From Alloascoidea hylecoeti (lineage: Eukaryota), in assembly GCA_001600815.1 (NCBI GenBank), contig BCKZ01000002.1, positions 1,620,294-1,684,293 on the forward strand: a stretch of 64,000 nucleotides of DNA. The letters are read 5' to 3'. A program made the translations under genes and the position numbers. The notes under the pieces are model-generated. The model saw nothing but the letters and a program-made list of their open reading frames with translations, did no database searches and was not told where the DNA came from. This document shows positions 11,276 through 25,058 of the stretch, one piece after another (within the stretch, counting starts at the first letter, position 1; every line of letters starts with the position of its first letter).

Positions 11276-13945
11276 ATGTCGATTGCTACTCACTATCATC
11301 GGCACTCTTTTATGACTCCCACAGAAGTTACTTGGATTAAGGATACGAAATATGTTCACAACCAAGCGGAATGCAACCCAAATGAACCATCAATTAGAGA
11401 TGTAGTAATTGGTGAATCCATAGGTGAAGGCTCTTATTCAAAGGTAAGCCGATCATCTCAGTCGTATATTTAAGCTTATATGCTAATCTGAGATATTTAT
11501 AAACAAAACTAACCATATTATTGCTGGCAGGTTTTCTTGGGACAAGATACAAATACAGGAAGGACATATGCTGTTAAAATCTTGAATAAATCTTTCATTG
11601 CAAAAGAAAATAAAACAAAATATCTCGAAACTGAAAGAAGATGTTTAAAAATATTATCAAAACATCGAGGAATTATAAAATTATATGAAGCCGTCGAAGA
11701 TTCTACTTCATTCTACTTCATTCTTAGTTTTGCTGCCAATGGGGAACTACTTTCAATTCTTCGCAAATACGGATCCCTAAATGAAGACGGTATACGATAT
11801 TTTGGTGCTCAAATATTAGATACAATTGATTATATGCACTCAATGGGGATTACACATCGTGATTTAAAACCGGAGAATATACTATTAGATTCAAAAATGA
11901 CCATAAAGATAGCTGACTTTGGAAATGCAAAACTTCAAGGTATTAGTAGTAAAAGTGACAGTACTACAAGAAAACATTCATTTGTTGGAACCGCAGAGTA
12001 TCTTTCACCTGAAGTATTACTCGATGAAGAATGTGGACCGGAATGTGATATCTGGGCAATTGGTTGTATTTTATATCTATTTATTTCTGGTTCAACACCT
12101 TTTAAATCTGATTCTAGAATTCATTTATTTCAAAATATCGTTAATTTAAATTATTCATTTAAACCCGGATTTCCAACTTCTTTAAAAGATTTAATATTAC
12201 ATATTTTTATTTCAGATCCAAGGGAAAGATTTACAATAAAACAAATTCTAAATCATAGATTTTTTAGTGATTATATTAATTGGAATGATAAAAACTCGAT
12301 ATGGGATGTTGATCCACCAAAACTTGAACCGTTTGTATCATCTCATCATTCAAGACCAAATTCACGAAATAATAAGATTTACGATCAATATGCATGCGAT
12401 AACGATAATCATAGAATATCTATGTCGAGAACTAAATCTTCATCTAATCACCGGGGTCGAAGATTAACTAATGCAGATGTTCAAAGAAAAGCGTTGGAAA
12501 CTGCAAAACGATTGTATTCAGAATTACAAAAACCTCCTCCTAATTTAATAAAAGAAATAAAACCAAATTTTACAGAAAATGCAACTAAAGCTGCTGTTGC
12601 TGCTGTTAAAGCGAGTGAGGATGTTAAGACTACAACACCAAAACCAGTGTATATATTAAGATCTAAATCTCAGAAGAGATCAGTATCGGTTACTTGTATA
12701 AATACATTTGCCCAAAGTTCAAATGAAACGCCAGTAAAACCTCAAAGAAAGAAATCTCTAAAAATTAATACCAAGGTTACAGCTTATAAAGATGTAAGTC
12801 CTAATGTTTCATCAAAATCATCGAAATCACCTTATCACAACTCTAGTAGGGTTTCGCCTGGTGACACAGAAAGAAAAGCATATTCTGCTAAAGAAACGAC
12901 TTTTAGGCATTCTATTTCAATAAGTCGAAACAATTCTTCTCCAATCAAACAGCCAATTCCAAATTTAAAACAACAAAAATGTGTCATTTCTTCTCCTATG
13001 GCTATTGATATCGAAAGAAAGATATTATCCCAAGAAGATAGTAGTATTGTAAAAGCAGGTATGTGTATGATTGAAGTCTCATTAACTATAAATGGCATGG
13101 AGAATAATTCATCATCAACAACAAGAAAGACTCCTACAACATCAGAAAAAAGATTTTCAAAATTATTTTCTCATGCATTAAAAAGAAAATCAAAATCAAA
13201 ATTAAAACAATCAATTATTGATACTAAATCTTTAAAGCAATTATTAATTTTAACATCAACAGGAATTATTAAAATTGCAAGTTTTAATAATAATAATAAA
13301 AATGATTTATCATATGATTTTAAAATAAAATATGAAATTAATTTAACATCACCTCAAGTTATAGTTTATGATTATGAATTTAATGAAATTGAAAAATCAG
13401 GTAAACTTGTTATAAGTACACCAAATGCTATTTTTACAATTAGAAATTGTGATAATATTGATGATGATTCAAATAATAATATTCTTTTCAATGATTCAAA
13501 TTATTCAAATATCAATTGGATTGATGCTATTTTACTCCTTCAGAAACATTTTAATAGTCAAACTCAGATGCGTCAGACTCAGACTCAAAGTTCAAGATCA
13601 AGAAGATCAACATCATCAGCAAGACCTGATAGTACTATTGTTAATGGTATTGGAAGTCATAACATTGATAATGATTCTCAATCACGATCACACTCAATTG
13701 AAAAACATCTAGGTAAATTTTTTGGTTCAACATCAACAGCAAGAAAAAGTACCCCATCTTTTTATGTTTATGAAACGAATTATGGATTAAAAGATAGAAA
13801 TAATCCAAAACCTTTACTTGGAAGAAATGGTCTTCCTTACATTGAGGAACCTGCTGCTAAAAGGATAACACCAAGAAGAGCAGTAAGTGATGGAGCTACA
13901 AAACAACATCATAGACTTAGATCTTATTCTGGAATCAAGATTTAG
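11276..13945 (+). CDS. PDK1-like Ser/Thr kinase (Pkh family); join(11276..11443,11531..13945), ~860 aa
   Basis: IGEGSYSK|VF across an 87-nt intron (GTAAGC..ACTAAC..CAG); YAVKIL, HRDLKPEN, DFG, SFVGTAEYLSPE; PH-like C-terminal region. Confidence 0.88.
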
Positions 13946-14338
13946 TGAATTTATTTAACACATGCTATTAAACTTCACATAAAAAAAAATTTCTTCTTTA
14001 TTTCAAATTCAAAAACAAATTGTGACTGGTTGCACGCTTTTTTTTTTCTTTCTTTCTTATTATATATGCATTTTTCAAATTTTCTAAACGCCCATTCATG
14101 AATAAATAATGTATTGCATCGCTAAATATTTTTTCTTTGAAATTTTTTTCCCATTCATATTATATAAATGTGTTGTTTTATTTATCCAAAAATATTAACA
14201 TCAATCGCAGGGAATATTAGCTATATAATTATCATATAATATAAATTTATAAAATATCTTACTTTATGATCTAATTCGTTAAAAGAAAGAAAGTGAATAA
14301 TTAAGATAGAAAACAATGAAGTATCAAAATATTTATAG

Positions 14339-17300
14339 TTATCCAACCAAAAGTAAATTTGGTACATTACTATTATAATTCCGATTGAGACTTAATTGAA
14401 TAACTATTTGAACATAATAATATTTGGGATGATGCATTGATATCTTAAAGTTTATTTGATCATGATCTTCAAATCCATATGTGCATTCTAAAAGTTTAAT
14501 ATTCCTCCCAGTTATAATTTGTTTTAAATTTCCATTATCATTATTATTATCATTAGCATTAGGAAATTCAACAATTTTTCTGATTTCAACTACCTCATCA
14601 CCTGCTATGATTAGATAACCGCATAAATATTTAACAGTATTAGCTTTAGTTAAGTAATAAATAAAATTATTTGGTCTTGTAATTAACATGTATCGATTGC
14701 AAAATAATGCAAATTCATTGTAACATAGAATATATTCAATTTCTGATATACTGTAAATTGATAGAGGTTTCGCTTGATTAGGAGAAGTTGCAGAAAATGT
14801 AAGTTGTTCAACCATTTGATTTAGATTTGCTGTCTGAAATTGATATTCATATGTATCCAGTATTCGTTTTTCTGTATGTGGTGCGGGTGTAACGCATTTT
14901 GACTCTCTATTAACAATTTCAAATCCTTTATTTGTATGCAATACTATATTTTTATCAAAAATAGTTAAACCATGACAATCACATTCAAGCGAGAACTCTT
15001 CTTTAGAAATTTTCTGTCGATATAGATTTTCACTGGAAACCTTAAGAGTAATTTCTCGAAATTGTGATGATGATGATAATGAAAATGTTTTCTTTTTTAG
15101 ATAAATGATCTCTGATCTAGCTTTCCTCATTCCTGTTGATTCAAATAATTGAACATCTTCTTTTGATAATTTAGTAAAGTGTATTGGTGGTATAATTTTA
15201 CATCTTTCAAAATAATAGATTGCAACATCTAAAACCATTCCAATAAGTGATTTCTCAAACAAAATTATAATTGAATATTTATGATCATTTATTCTATTAG
15301 TTATTGTATCATATTCTCCATTTCTATTGGAATTGGATGTTGTAATTATATCCATTTTTATTATATTTTTTAAATCAAATACTTTCCTCCATGTTTTTGA
15401 ATCATTTGTTTTACACATAAAAATGCCATCTTCAAACCCTAATAAGGTATAGCTAGCATTTTTCACAGAATCTAAAAATGATACTGAGCATTTAATCTCA
15501 GTTGAATTTAAGCGTTTGCATTGATCAATAGGACTATCTTTTATATAATTTTCTTTTTCACCTTCAAATGTAGATATTGCTCTGCAAACCGAATTATCAC
15601 TGTCATTGTAACCATCATCACGATCGATGATTTCAACCAATTTGTGATTATTACTCGAAGTACTAGTAGATTTACTTTTAAATGGAGTTATCGGGTCATA
15701 ATAAAAATTATAGTCACTTATTATCTTGAGCTTAAAAGGTTCAGTATTATTATTAATTGTATATGAATAATAACTCCTTTTGACATTTAAAAGGCATTTA
15801 ATCCAATCATCTCGTACTTCCTTATTCGAAGCATCAAATATATAGACTGTATTGCCGATATGTGTTACTTTGAACGGGAACTTAAGTGATGCTGAAGGTG
15901 AAGGGAGTTCATCTCCATCTCCATTTCTATTAATATTTTGAACGCTATTAATATTATTTCTTATTCTTCTCAAAGATGAAGATCTATTAATTTCAGCCTG
16001 ATTTGCGCCCATAACTTCAATTTTCAATAAGGGTATTATAATTGGCTAAAAATATTAAATGTTAATATGGTTTCTTATAATTTCAAATTTCGACTTTTTA
16101 ACTTACTGCCGCAATAAGTTTATATATTTCAAATGGTTTTGTTTCAGTTATTTCACAAATCAATAAACAATTATCAAATAAAAACAACCGATATTTTTTA
16201 TTATTTAGTAACCAATTGTTATAATTTTTATAGATTATTTCACCTTCTTTAATCAATACTCTATATGGTTTAAAAAAATTATCAACCTCGTTTAACTTGA
16301 GCTCAAATTTATTATTATTAAATTTCAGTTGTTGTTTATTAGAAATCCTATTAATTATTCCTCCAATATGTGTACATTCTTGGAATTTTTTAACTAATAT
16401 TTCAACTTTGTTTGATATAGACTTTAATTGAGTATATTCAGTTGAATGGTGATCAGAATCAGTATGAACTTCAGTAGATTTAATTAATTCTTTTATTATT
16501 AATGGATATTTTACCAAAAATCCATTAACCAATGTTAAAAGTAAAGTATCAAAACTGATATTTTTATGAAATAAACTATCCATCTCTTCAACCCATTTGT
16601 TGAATCTACTATTTTTTTCATTATCATTCTCTGAGTTTAATTTCAATAAATCAACAAGTTTTGAGTAATTAAATGAAAATTTCAGATATGAACTTTCAGT
16701 GTCTTTGTTAGTTATCCAATTGAATAATATATCAATAACCCTATTAATATTGAGGAATTTTCCTTCTTCTTCTAACATTTTTAATAAAGGATCAAGCACT
16801 AGCTTTTTATGTATGTTCATAACGGGTATCCAATTCCCAAATGTAGATTTCCAAAAGTCCAACTGTAAATTATCATCATTATTACGATTATGGGCAATCA
16901 ATGATGGTTTTATAGTTTTGAAAGACTTGCCATACCAATCAATAAAGATTTGATTCCTTTCAAATCTCTCCTGTTCAACAGTTATAAGTTCAAAAATTGA
17001 AAATTGCAGTTTTCTAACATTTTTAGGGATTTTTGAAAATTCTTCTTCACTTATATTCCAATGGTTTGACCAATTATTTAAATTACTGATATGCTTATAT
17101 TTCTTAGCGATGTATGAATTATTCGAATAATAGTCAGGGTTTGATGTAAATGTCCAATCAATTCTGGTATTCACTTTGCCTAATATAATATGCCTTTCGA
17201 TGTTATCTGATAGTTCCTTAATCATTACTAAAGCATTTTCTAATTTCTTTTTCGTTTGGTAATCATTATCAATTTCAAAGTTTAATAATTTTTCAAAGAA

Positions 17301-18083
17301 AACTATAAGCTTTTCTAATGAAATAGTTGATTTTAATAAACTAAGAAAATTATATTCAATAATATTAATGCCATTTCTTTTTTCTTTTAAACTTTTAAGT
17401 TCATATTTTTCATTAATCCAATCCATGAAAGACTTTGTTAATTTTAATTCATTTAAAAGAAATGGATAACTTAGTGAATAGTTTAAATATAAGTGCGTAA
17501 TAGCTTTGATCCCATAAATAACTATATCATTAATTTTATCATGATTAACAATTTTATTTTTTTGTCTTATTTCTAACAGTGGATTGATTAAAACGTCTTC
17601 ATTATATTTATTAAGTTCTATTAATGTCTCAAATATTCTTTTCGAGTTAACGATATATGATTTATCTGTACTGATTATATTACCATTTTTATAAAATTCA
17701 ATTAATTCATTAATTTTGTCGTATTGTAACTTTTCATCTCCAATAAAATCAAAGATAATCGTTTGCTTATTTATAACGTTTATCGGTAACTTCTGATCTA
17801 ATAAAAATTCATCTGATATGTTCCAGTATTTAGCCCAGTTGGAATTTTCAATTACTTTCGAATATTCAGGTTTAAATTTATTATTCGCATTTTGTGAACG
17901 TGAAATAGCACTTTGTCTCCTTAAACCAATTGTTATGGGTTTACGCTGATCGAGCTTCTTAACAGGCAATGAAATTGTATTTGCGCGTGTTGCAGGATAA
18001 TCACGCTCAATATTGTCGTTATCACGAGGAAGATCGCGAGGCTCAGACATCGATCCATTTATAAGAGTAGAACCTGTGTCCAT
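14339..18083 (-). CDS. Tus1/Rom2-type Rho GEF (DH-DH-PH-CNH), divergent; join(18083..16107,16045..14339), ~1227 aa
   Basis: 61-nt intron (GTAAGT..ATTAAC..TAG) joins the two ORFs in frame. W..W..IP..Q..IFELI..E DH start, PH motif LFLFDNCLLI..PIIIPLL, CNH motifs (KGFEIV, YILCYNEFALF, VEIR, QIITGRNIKLL). Confidence 0.8.
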
Positions 18084-19022
18084 TGTATTATAAGAAGGTA
18101 ATATGAGTGTATAATGATACTATGCTAACAGAGATAAAAACAGGTATAAAAGAGTTGTTTATAACATTGTGGTTTGACCTGGAAACACTAGATTCTACAC
18201 ATTCGAATGATTATAATTGTTGTGCATGTTTTATGGAAATTATAATTATATAACTATAGAGCAAACAAAATAGAAGAAACAGTATAAAGCATGAATAATA
18301 TCATAACTGACACAACGGAGTTGTTTTCCTCGTATATCTATGATCTAGAACTCATAAACGATTAAAATAGTAAAACTTTATTTGAATTGAACCAAAATGT
18401 AAAAAATGGAGATTTATGGGTTTTATAATGGAGGCATTATAATATTTGTAATATCAGACCACAAAAAATACTCGATAAACTTGAAAGTGTTAGAATTATT
18501 ATTGAGTATTTGTTTGAGAGCTTTGTGTGTTGTTGTTGTTGCTGCTGTGATGTCAACGCCAAACAATCAAGTCAAGAAACTGCTGTTACCTTATGTGGAA
18601 TGCTTGTTATAGCCTGTCTGGTATACTTGGTTCCATCGGATAGTTCAGCAATGTTAATTTCTTCAATAATGATTATTTTAACATTAATCCGTTTATACAC
18701 CAATTTCAAGGCAGTAGTAGTAGCAAGTGGTTATGACTGGATTAAATAGACAACGTTAACCTGCTACAAATGTATTTGGTAATTTTATAGCAAGTCTGAT
18801 GGAGGTGGTAATTGTTGAAATGATACCCCGTAACCAATTGCGATTGAACTCCATTTAATATGCTCTGATGGGATTCTTTTAAGCTCAAATTTCATTCTCT
18901 AAAATATATATAGTTTTAATATCATTATTAGAACTAGGGGAATTATCTTCGTGCTCAAGTTGGAAAGAAATATTCTTTGTTAAGGTCTCATCATATTTAT
19001 CAACTTGAGAGGCCAGTAAAAA

Positions 19023-20579
19023 TTAATTTAGAGGCATTGCAAGTATCTTTTGGAATAATGGTTCTACATATCCATTTGAATTGATAGTAGCATGAGTTCG
19101 TTCATGTTCTAAAATAGTTAAATAATCTGAAATAATTGTAAATACATTAGGTCCATCAAGATAAATCTGACCAGTCTGATTTATTCTCCAATCAATTATT
19201 TCTGAGTTTGGATTCAAGTTTGAAGCAAGACGATTTTTCTGTATATCAAAGCAACCAAAACATTCTCCTGATGATAACTTGAGGATATACCAATATAAAA
19301 TTCCAAATGGATAATCCGAATTTGAATGTTCTTGGGAACTGCTCATTGATATATAATATTTACCGGAATCATCACAAATTGGTNACCTAAATATTGAATT
19401 TGAAGATCATCTTTAATACTTAACAAGATATCATTTGTCTTAATTTTAAGAGTTATTTTCTACATCAATTTCGAGGTGTTTAATTTTCGCAGTTCGTTCC
19501 TGAAACTGATTCACTATATATATCTTGCAACTGTCGCTTATAACAAGTGAAAGTAAGAGCATTACCAGTTAAACTTTCAGGTGAATGCGATTTGTTAACT
19601 CTATATAAATCCGCTAGAAATTTCTCCTTATATTAGGAGCATCTAGGATTTAGCTTATTTTCCGTTAATGCTAATCTAACATTTATAAGATATTTTCCAT
19701 GTGTTCTGCTATACTCATTGATATTATCGTTTAGTATAGAATTCACTTGCTTTGCCATATCACGACAAGCCCATGCATTTGTTACAATTGGTATATCCCA
19801 TTTTTTAACTTTCGTTACTAAACGCTCTCGGAAAAATAATTAGAACCGTCCCCTCCACATGAAATTTTGAGATATGGATATGGATCGTTATGGCGAAGAA
19901 GTGACATTTTTCCACTAACCGATTTTTAAATTTATCGCCCTATATTTGATAATCAAAACGTGAGAAAAATTCCGTAAATGCGATAACTTTGACATCGGCA
20001 TCCATATTAATATTGCTAGTAATATTATTATTGAGTTGAAGTTCCCAATGAGTAGCATTGATTTCTAGTAGTTTCAAACCTTCATGATTCAATTCTCTTT
20101 GATGGGGATCGGCTCAAGAGTATTTAAATCATCTTTAAATTTATTGATATTATACTTAACCGGAGTATTCATTTAGTTTCCAATCATCATATTTGGTTGG
20201 GGAATAATAATCATATATATTCTCTAATCTTGAACACAAACAGCGTGACTAGCATATTCTGATTGCATACTGGCTGTATCAAGGACATTAAATGTTTTAA
20301 CATTTGATTGTTGTTCTTGTTTCTTTGGGTATAAATTATTTTTGATAATTTGAAGTTTTTTTCTTATCTCCTCTCTAGTATAAACCGACATATTTCGAGT
20401 TGAATGAAATGTTAAAGCTATCTTTTCAACTTCCATAATAGAACAAAGATTTCTAAAATATTCATAATATTTCAATAATATTTTTTACAAGTTTCACGAA
20501 AGTGAAAAGATTCGAGAAATGATAAGTGATCGAAAATTAAAAGGATGATCTCTCCTGGAAGCTGATTTAATTGGACCAT
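19023..20579 (-). pseudogene. Decayed F-box protein gene (copy A)
   Basis: ATG at 20579 gives MVQLNQLPGEIILLIFDHLSFLESFHFRETCKKYY* (F-box), broken near a short AAATATTAT duplication. Fragment 19023-19346 loosely resembles the C-terminus of copies B and C. Confidence 0.65.
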
Positions 20580-23257
20580 TATAAAGAACACTTGAAGGAA
20601 AACCCAATAGTTTTATAGTTAAACAATAGTAGTAACATTATTTTATAATTAAAATAACCAGTTTTTATCTGTTTATAAAGTTAATAAAAGGCTAGGAAAT
20701 CCAAATATACATGTATTTGTTCAACGTACTAATTTTTATTACCCTACAGTTGCTATAATCTTATATTTAGAAACAGCTGGTGCTAGAAATACTAACTAAT
20801 TTCTATCTTAATCGCCAATTAATCTTTTCGGAAATTTCCAATCAATTTTTAATGCAGACGCTAATTATGTTTCGCAAACTTCACTAATTAGTTGTTTGAA
20901 AAATGTTTAATTATTCAAGGAAACTGATTGCTAAATAAAACGTATACACGTATTACGTAGTGCTAATTATTTCAGCCATATCAGCTAAATAAATTTTGAT
21001 TGCAAGGTCAATTTATGACTAATTTAACAATCAGACATGTATCTAATAAGCTCCATGGAAAAAAATTTTACATATAAAGATATCATAACATTATTATTCT
21101 GTTGCAAATTACGCAACAAAGATAAATTAATATAAGTACTATCACTAAAATCTACTTAATCTCAAGATTATGATAATATTTGTTAAATATTTACATCTGT
21201 TGTTGTGATGTGAGATTTCTTCTTTGAATAATTTTTAAAGGATCTTCGAGAGAAACTATAGCTAGTGGAAATATGAGATAAATCTTTCCACGCGCCCTTG
21301 CGACTTATGTACTTTTAAGTCCCGTGGTTGATGGGTTGAGATTTGTTACAATCCTCTTGTGATAGATCAAGATAGTAAATCTGAGAAACTAGATTTTACC
21401 CTTTTCACTTCAAAACATTCACACGACGTTTTTCTCAGGTATTCTTGTGAGAAGTTAGTTGTCAATTGCAAATATAACATTGAGGGTCGGTCTTTTAGTT
21501 TAGAATTATGATTAAGAATGATTGAGAATGATTGAGAATGTCATGATCATATTCAAGATTAATATTAAATAAGGTATACCAGTACATATTTTAGATTATA
21601 ATTATATATATATATATATATAGAAGAGATTTTCAATATCAAATTATTAAAGGATGTGGAAAATCAATCTACTTTTAAATTTTTATAATTACAATACTTT
21701 TATTATTTACTCAAAAATCATGTCAATGATATCAGATGTTGAAATGCAAGATAGTATCTTCTTTAATATGATAGGCTATAGATGTTCTATTTATAAGAAA
21801 GTAGTTGTAATTGCTTATTCAGCGGCAATTTCAGCCATTATTCCTATTTAGCCATTCTCAATTATCCGTTCCTATTTTGTCCATTCCTATTTATCCCAAT
21901 ACTACTTAATACTTATATTTTATATACCGTAAATGATTCTATTGGAATGAAAGGAGTGTAAAATATATCAAACCTTAAATGCTGTGATTCTAGATCTTCT
22001 TCACTGGTAAACCTTAGGCGTACAATATAGGAGCTTTTGACACACTTTATCCTTTTATATACATTAAGAAAACTGTAAATTAATTTAAATATAAGGGGCA
22101 CAACCTGGGGTTGTTGTGTTTCCTTTTGGTTAATGACTCCATTCACTATGTAGTAAAACAATTTTATATTAAAATGTTGCATGAAGTACACCATTCGAAT
22201 TCTCTTCAATTACTTTTTTTGCCCAAAATATTTAGCGATTCTAGCCTCTTTTTTCCTTGATTCAAAATCCCTTAAGTCATACTTATTATTATTTTCAGAC
22301 GACAACAGCAACTATGTTTAAATTAGAAAAGACATATTTTTGTCGCTGTAAATATGCACCTTTGCAAATGTGTCTAAATAACACGACAAAAGTAGCACTC
22401 TGTTGAGTTTCTATAATTGAACAATTTTTTTCTATTGACCGTCCTATAATATTACAGTATTTCATAACCATATATTCCCCAAAAATCACAAATTTTTAAA
22501 AAAACTTTCTAGTTTAGATTTGTATTTATTGTAGTTCTTATGTTTAAAATACCTTATTATTAAATTCAAAATAAGGTTTGTTTTGATGATTTAATATCAA
22601 ACTATAACCCAACTTTTGCTATCCCGTTTAGAGAGACATAGAAGTGTCAGTAATTTGTTGTGAAAGCAAATACAGTTGATGATGCTAGGTGCCCATACTT
22701 TGTAAATTATAATGGTAGAAATATCTACATCACATTATATCTTTATCACTAATCTGCCTGTTTACCGTTTACTCACACCCAGTTTTTATTTTTGATATCA
22801 CTTTAAGTCACCAATCGGCTTTTAATTACTGTAATTAATCATATTTTACACAAAGCTTTAACAGTTAACACAGCCTTAATATTTCCCATGGTTCCAAAAC
22901 AATTACTGTAGCTAAGCATGGGGACTCTAACTAGAACTAGAACTGTAACTGAACGTACAAAAGAAGTCGTGTGCAATTGAGACTTCTGTTTATTATATAT
23001 TTATTTATTTATTATATGGCTGTTACTGTAAATCACGCTGACTCTTTATCTTTGAAGTTCGAATCCATATATTATTCAATTTTGTAATGGGATAATCTTT
23101 TCCTTCTAAATATAATATCAGCAGTGGTCCTGAGTGAGGGGTATACATTATTATAGTGGGGTAAACAGTAGCAAGTGGCCAACTTGTATTTACATGTGTT
23201 AATTATTATTAAATAATCAATTTTTGGGATGTTAATTCGCTCTCCTTATCAGAAAAG

Positions 23258-23377
23258 TGATGGGGAATTGGGGGTTGTCTTGAGTGTTGAGTGTTTAAAT
23301 TCCGACATCAAATCATCTGCTAACTCTACCTTAGGGCCAATTAACTCAATACTCAGCACAAACCCCAATTCCCATCA
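23258..23377. repeat. Imperfect inverted repeat (~35-bp arms, ~50-bp spacer)
   Basis: TGATGGGGAATTGGGGGTTGTCTTGAGTGTTGAGT pairs with ACTCAATACTCAGCACAAACCCCAATTCCCATCA. Confidence 0.75.
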
Positions 23378-24815
23378 AAAAAGCTCAATTTTGTTACAAT
23401 TCACCTGTCTGGGTATTACAAAAGTATCTGGCTAAATTTAAAACTTATTGCCAAGGAAGCTTAGCTATGGGGATCATCTCATTGCCGGAAAGCCAGGAGA
23501 CAAAATGAATTGTGCATGATGCAATCAATTAATGAATATGATATTAAGCAAGATTTTAATTTCAATGACTATCTTTGTTATATAATTCCTAAATGGAGTG
23601 GGGTTTACTAATTCGTAAAATTTATCGCAATATAATAACATAAATGAATAAAGGATAAAGATGGATTGCTAATTATAAATTAATAATTGAATTCAATTAA
23701 TATTCTTTTAGATTTGCTTGTGAAATTTGAATAGAAAGAAATCATCATTAATTATATATTCTCATCATTTGTTTAACGTTTCTGTTAAGAAGAAGTAGAT
23801 TATGTAATAAATTTTAAACCTAGCTATAGGCAATTCATCATATAATTACTATCATCATAATTATCGTACATATATATAAATTATAGGGTAATCATAAACA
23901 CAACCCTAAAACTATTTATTTTTAATTGGAGATTATAGATTATACCCCACTATATCCAATTATTAGCCACCTATAGCCGGATCCCACTTTATCCCATTTG
24001 GCACTTCCATTCATAAGAAGTTTTCATTTGTCATGTGTTTTGTGTTTGCGATTGGGGTAAAATAATAATAAATTATTATTAATCTTACAAATCTTGTTTA
24101 ATGATCTCTTAATTAATTCAGATTTAATAAATATTCTTCTTCTTCTTCTTCTTCTTCTTTTTAATTATAATTTAATCTCTAATTTTTCATTAAATATTTT
24201 AATATTTATTATTTAAAACTATTTGACCAATAAGCAAAACAATATTACAAATCATATACCGAAAAAAAGGCTAGCGGTTTCACAGAAATTCACACATTCC
24301 CATGTTCGGATTATAAACATTGTACCATAATTTTTGTATGTGAACAAATTTCCAAATTCTAAATTGTAAATTCCAAATTGTAAATTGCAAACAAATCAAA
24401 TTCAATTGAATTTTCAGATGTAAAACTTATCGGGTATCGAAAATTCGAAATCTAGTTTTAGGCACAAGATGTTGTGCGACCTTTTTACCGTTAATGTTAA
24501 CTGTATCATATCATGAGAAAGATTAAGTTTTTTTTTTAGGAATAATTATAATTTTCTTTTATATAAGTTTTAACCTTCAAATATACAAAAATATAAAATA
24601 CAAACAAAAAAAAATCAAAATCTTTTTAAGTAAAAAGAGTAAAATATAAAATCATGAATCTTTTCAAACAATATATATAAAAAATTATATACACAAATAT
24701 ATTATGTATTCAATACCTCAAAGGATAATTAATAATCATTGATAATGAAATCCATAAATATAAAGATGATATAGTAATAATAGTAATGATAATGGTAATA
24801 ATAAAAAAGTCTATG

Positions 24816-24849
<34 letters not shown>
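24816..24849. repeat. (AAT)n microsatellite
   Basis: Pure trinucleotide run downstream of PIB2. Confidence 0.9.
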
Positions 24850-24850
<1 letters not shown>

Positions 24851-25058
24851 GCCCATATATATTCACCAGCAAAAATCAAGTAATGTTTTCTTTTAATTTA
24901 GAATATAAACAGCAACAGAACAACAAAATATAACAAAACAATAAAAAATGAAAAGATATAAAAAATAAAATAAAATCAAATCATATCACACAAAAAATAA
25001 CTTTTATCCTTTTTCCAAATTTTCCTTCATTCATTCTTTCTTTTCCTTCAAATATTTA

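Noticed and set aside
18406..18860. Small ORFs including a poly-Cys run
   Set aside because: The Cys run comes from a (TGT) microsatellite; the opposite strand may be a decayed gene but is unassignable.
23219..23227. AATTTTTGG Sm-site match suggesting an snRNA or telomerase RNA
   Set aside because: Expected by chance in AT-rich DNA; no U1/U2/U4/U5 or template features recognised nearby.
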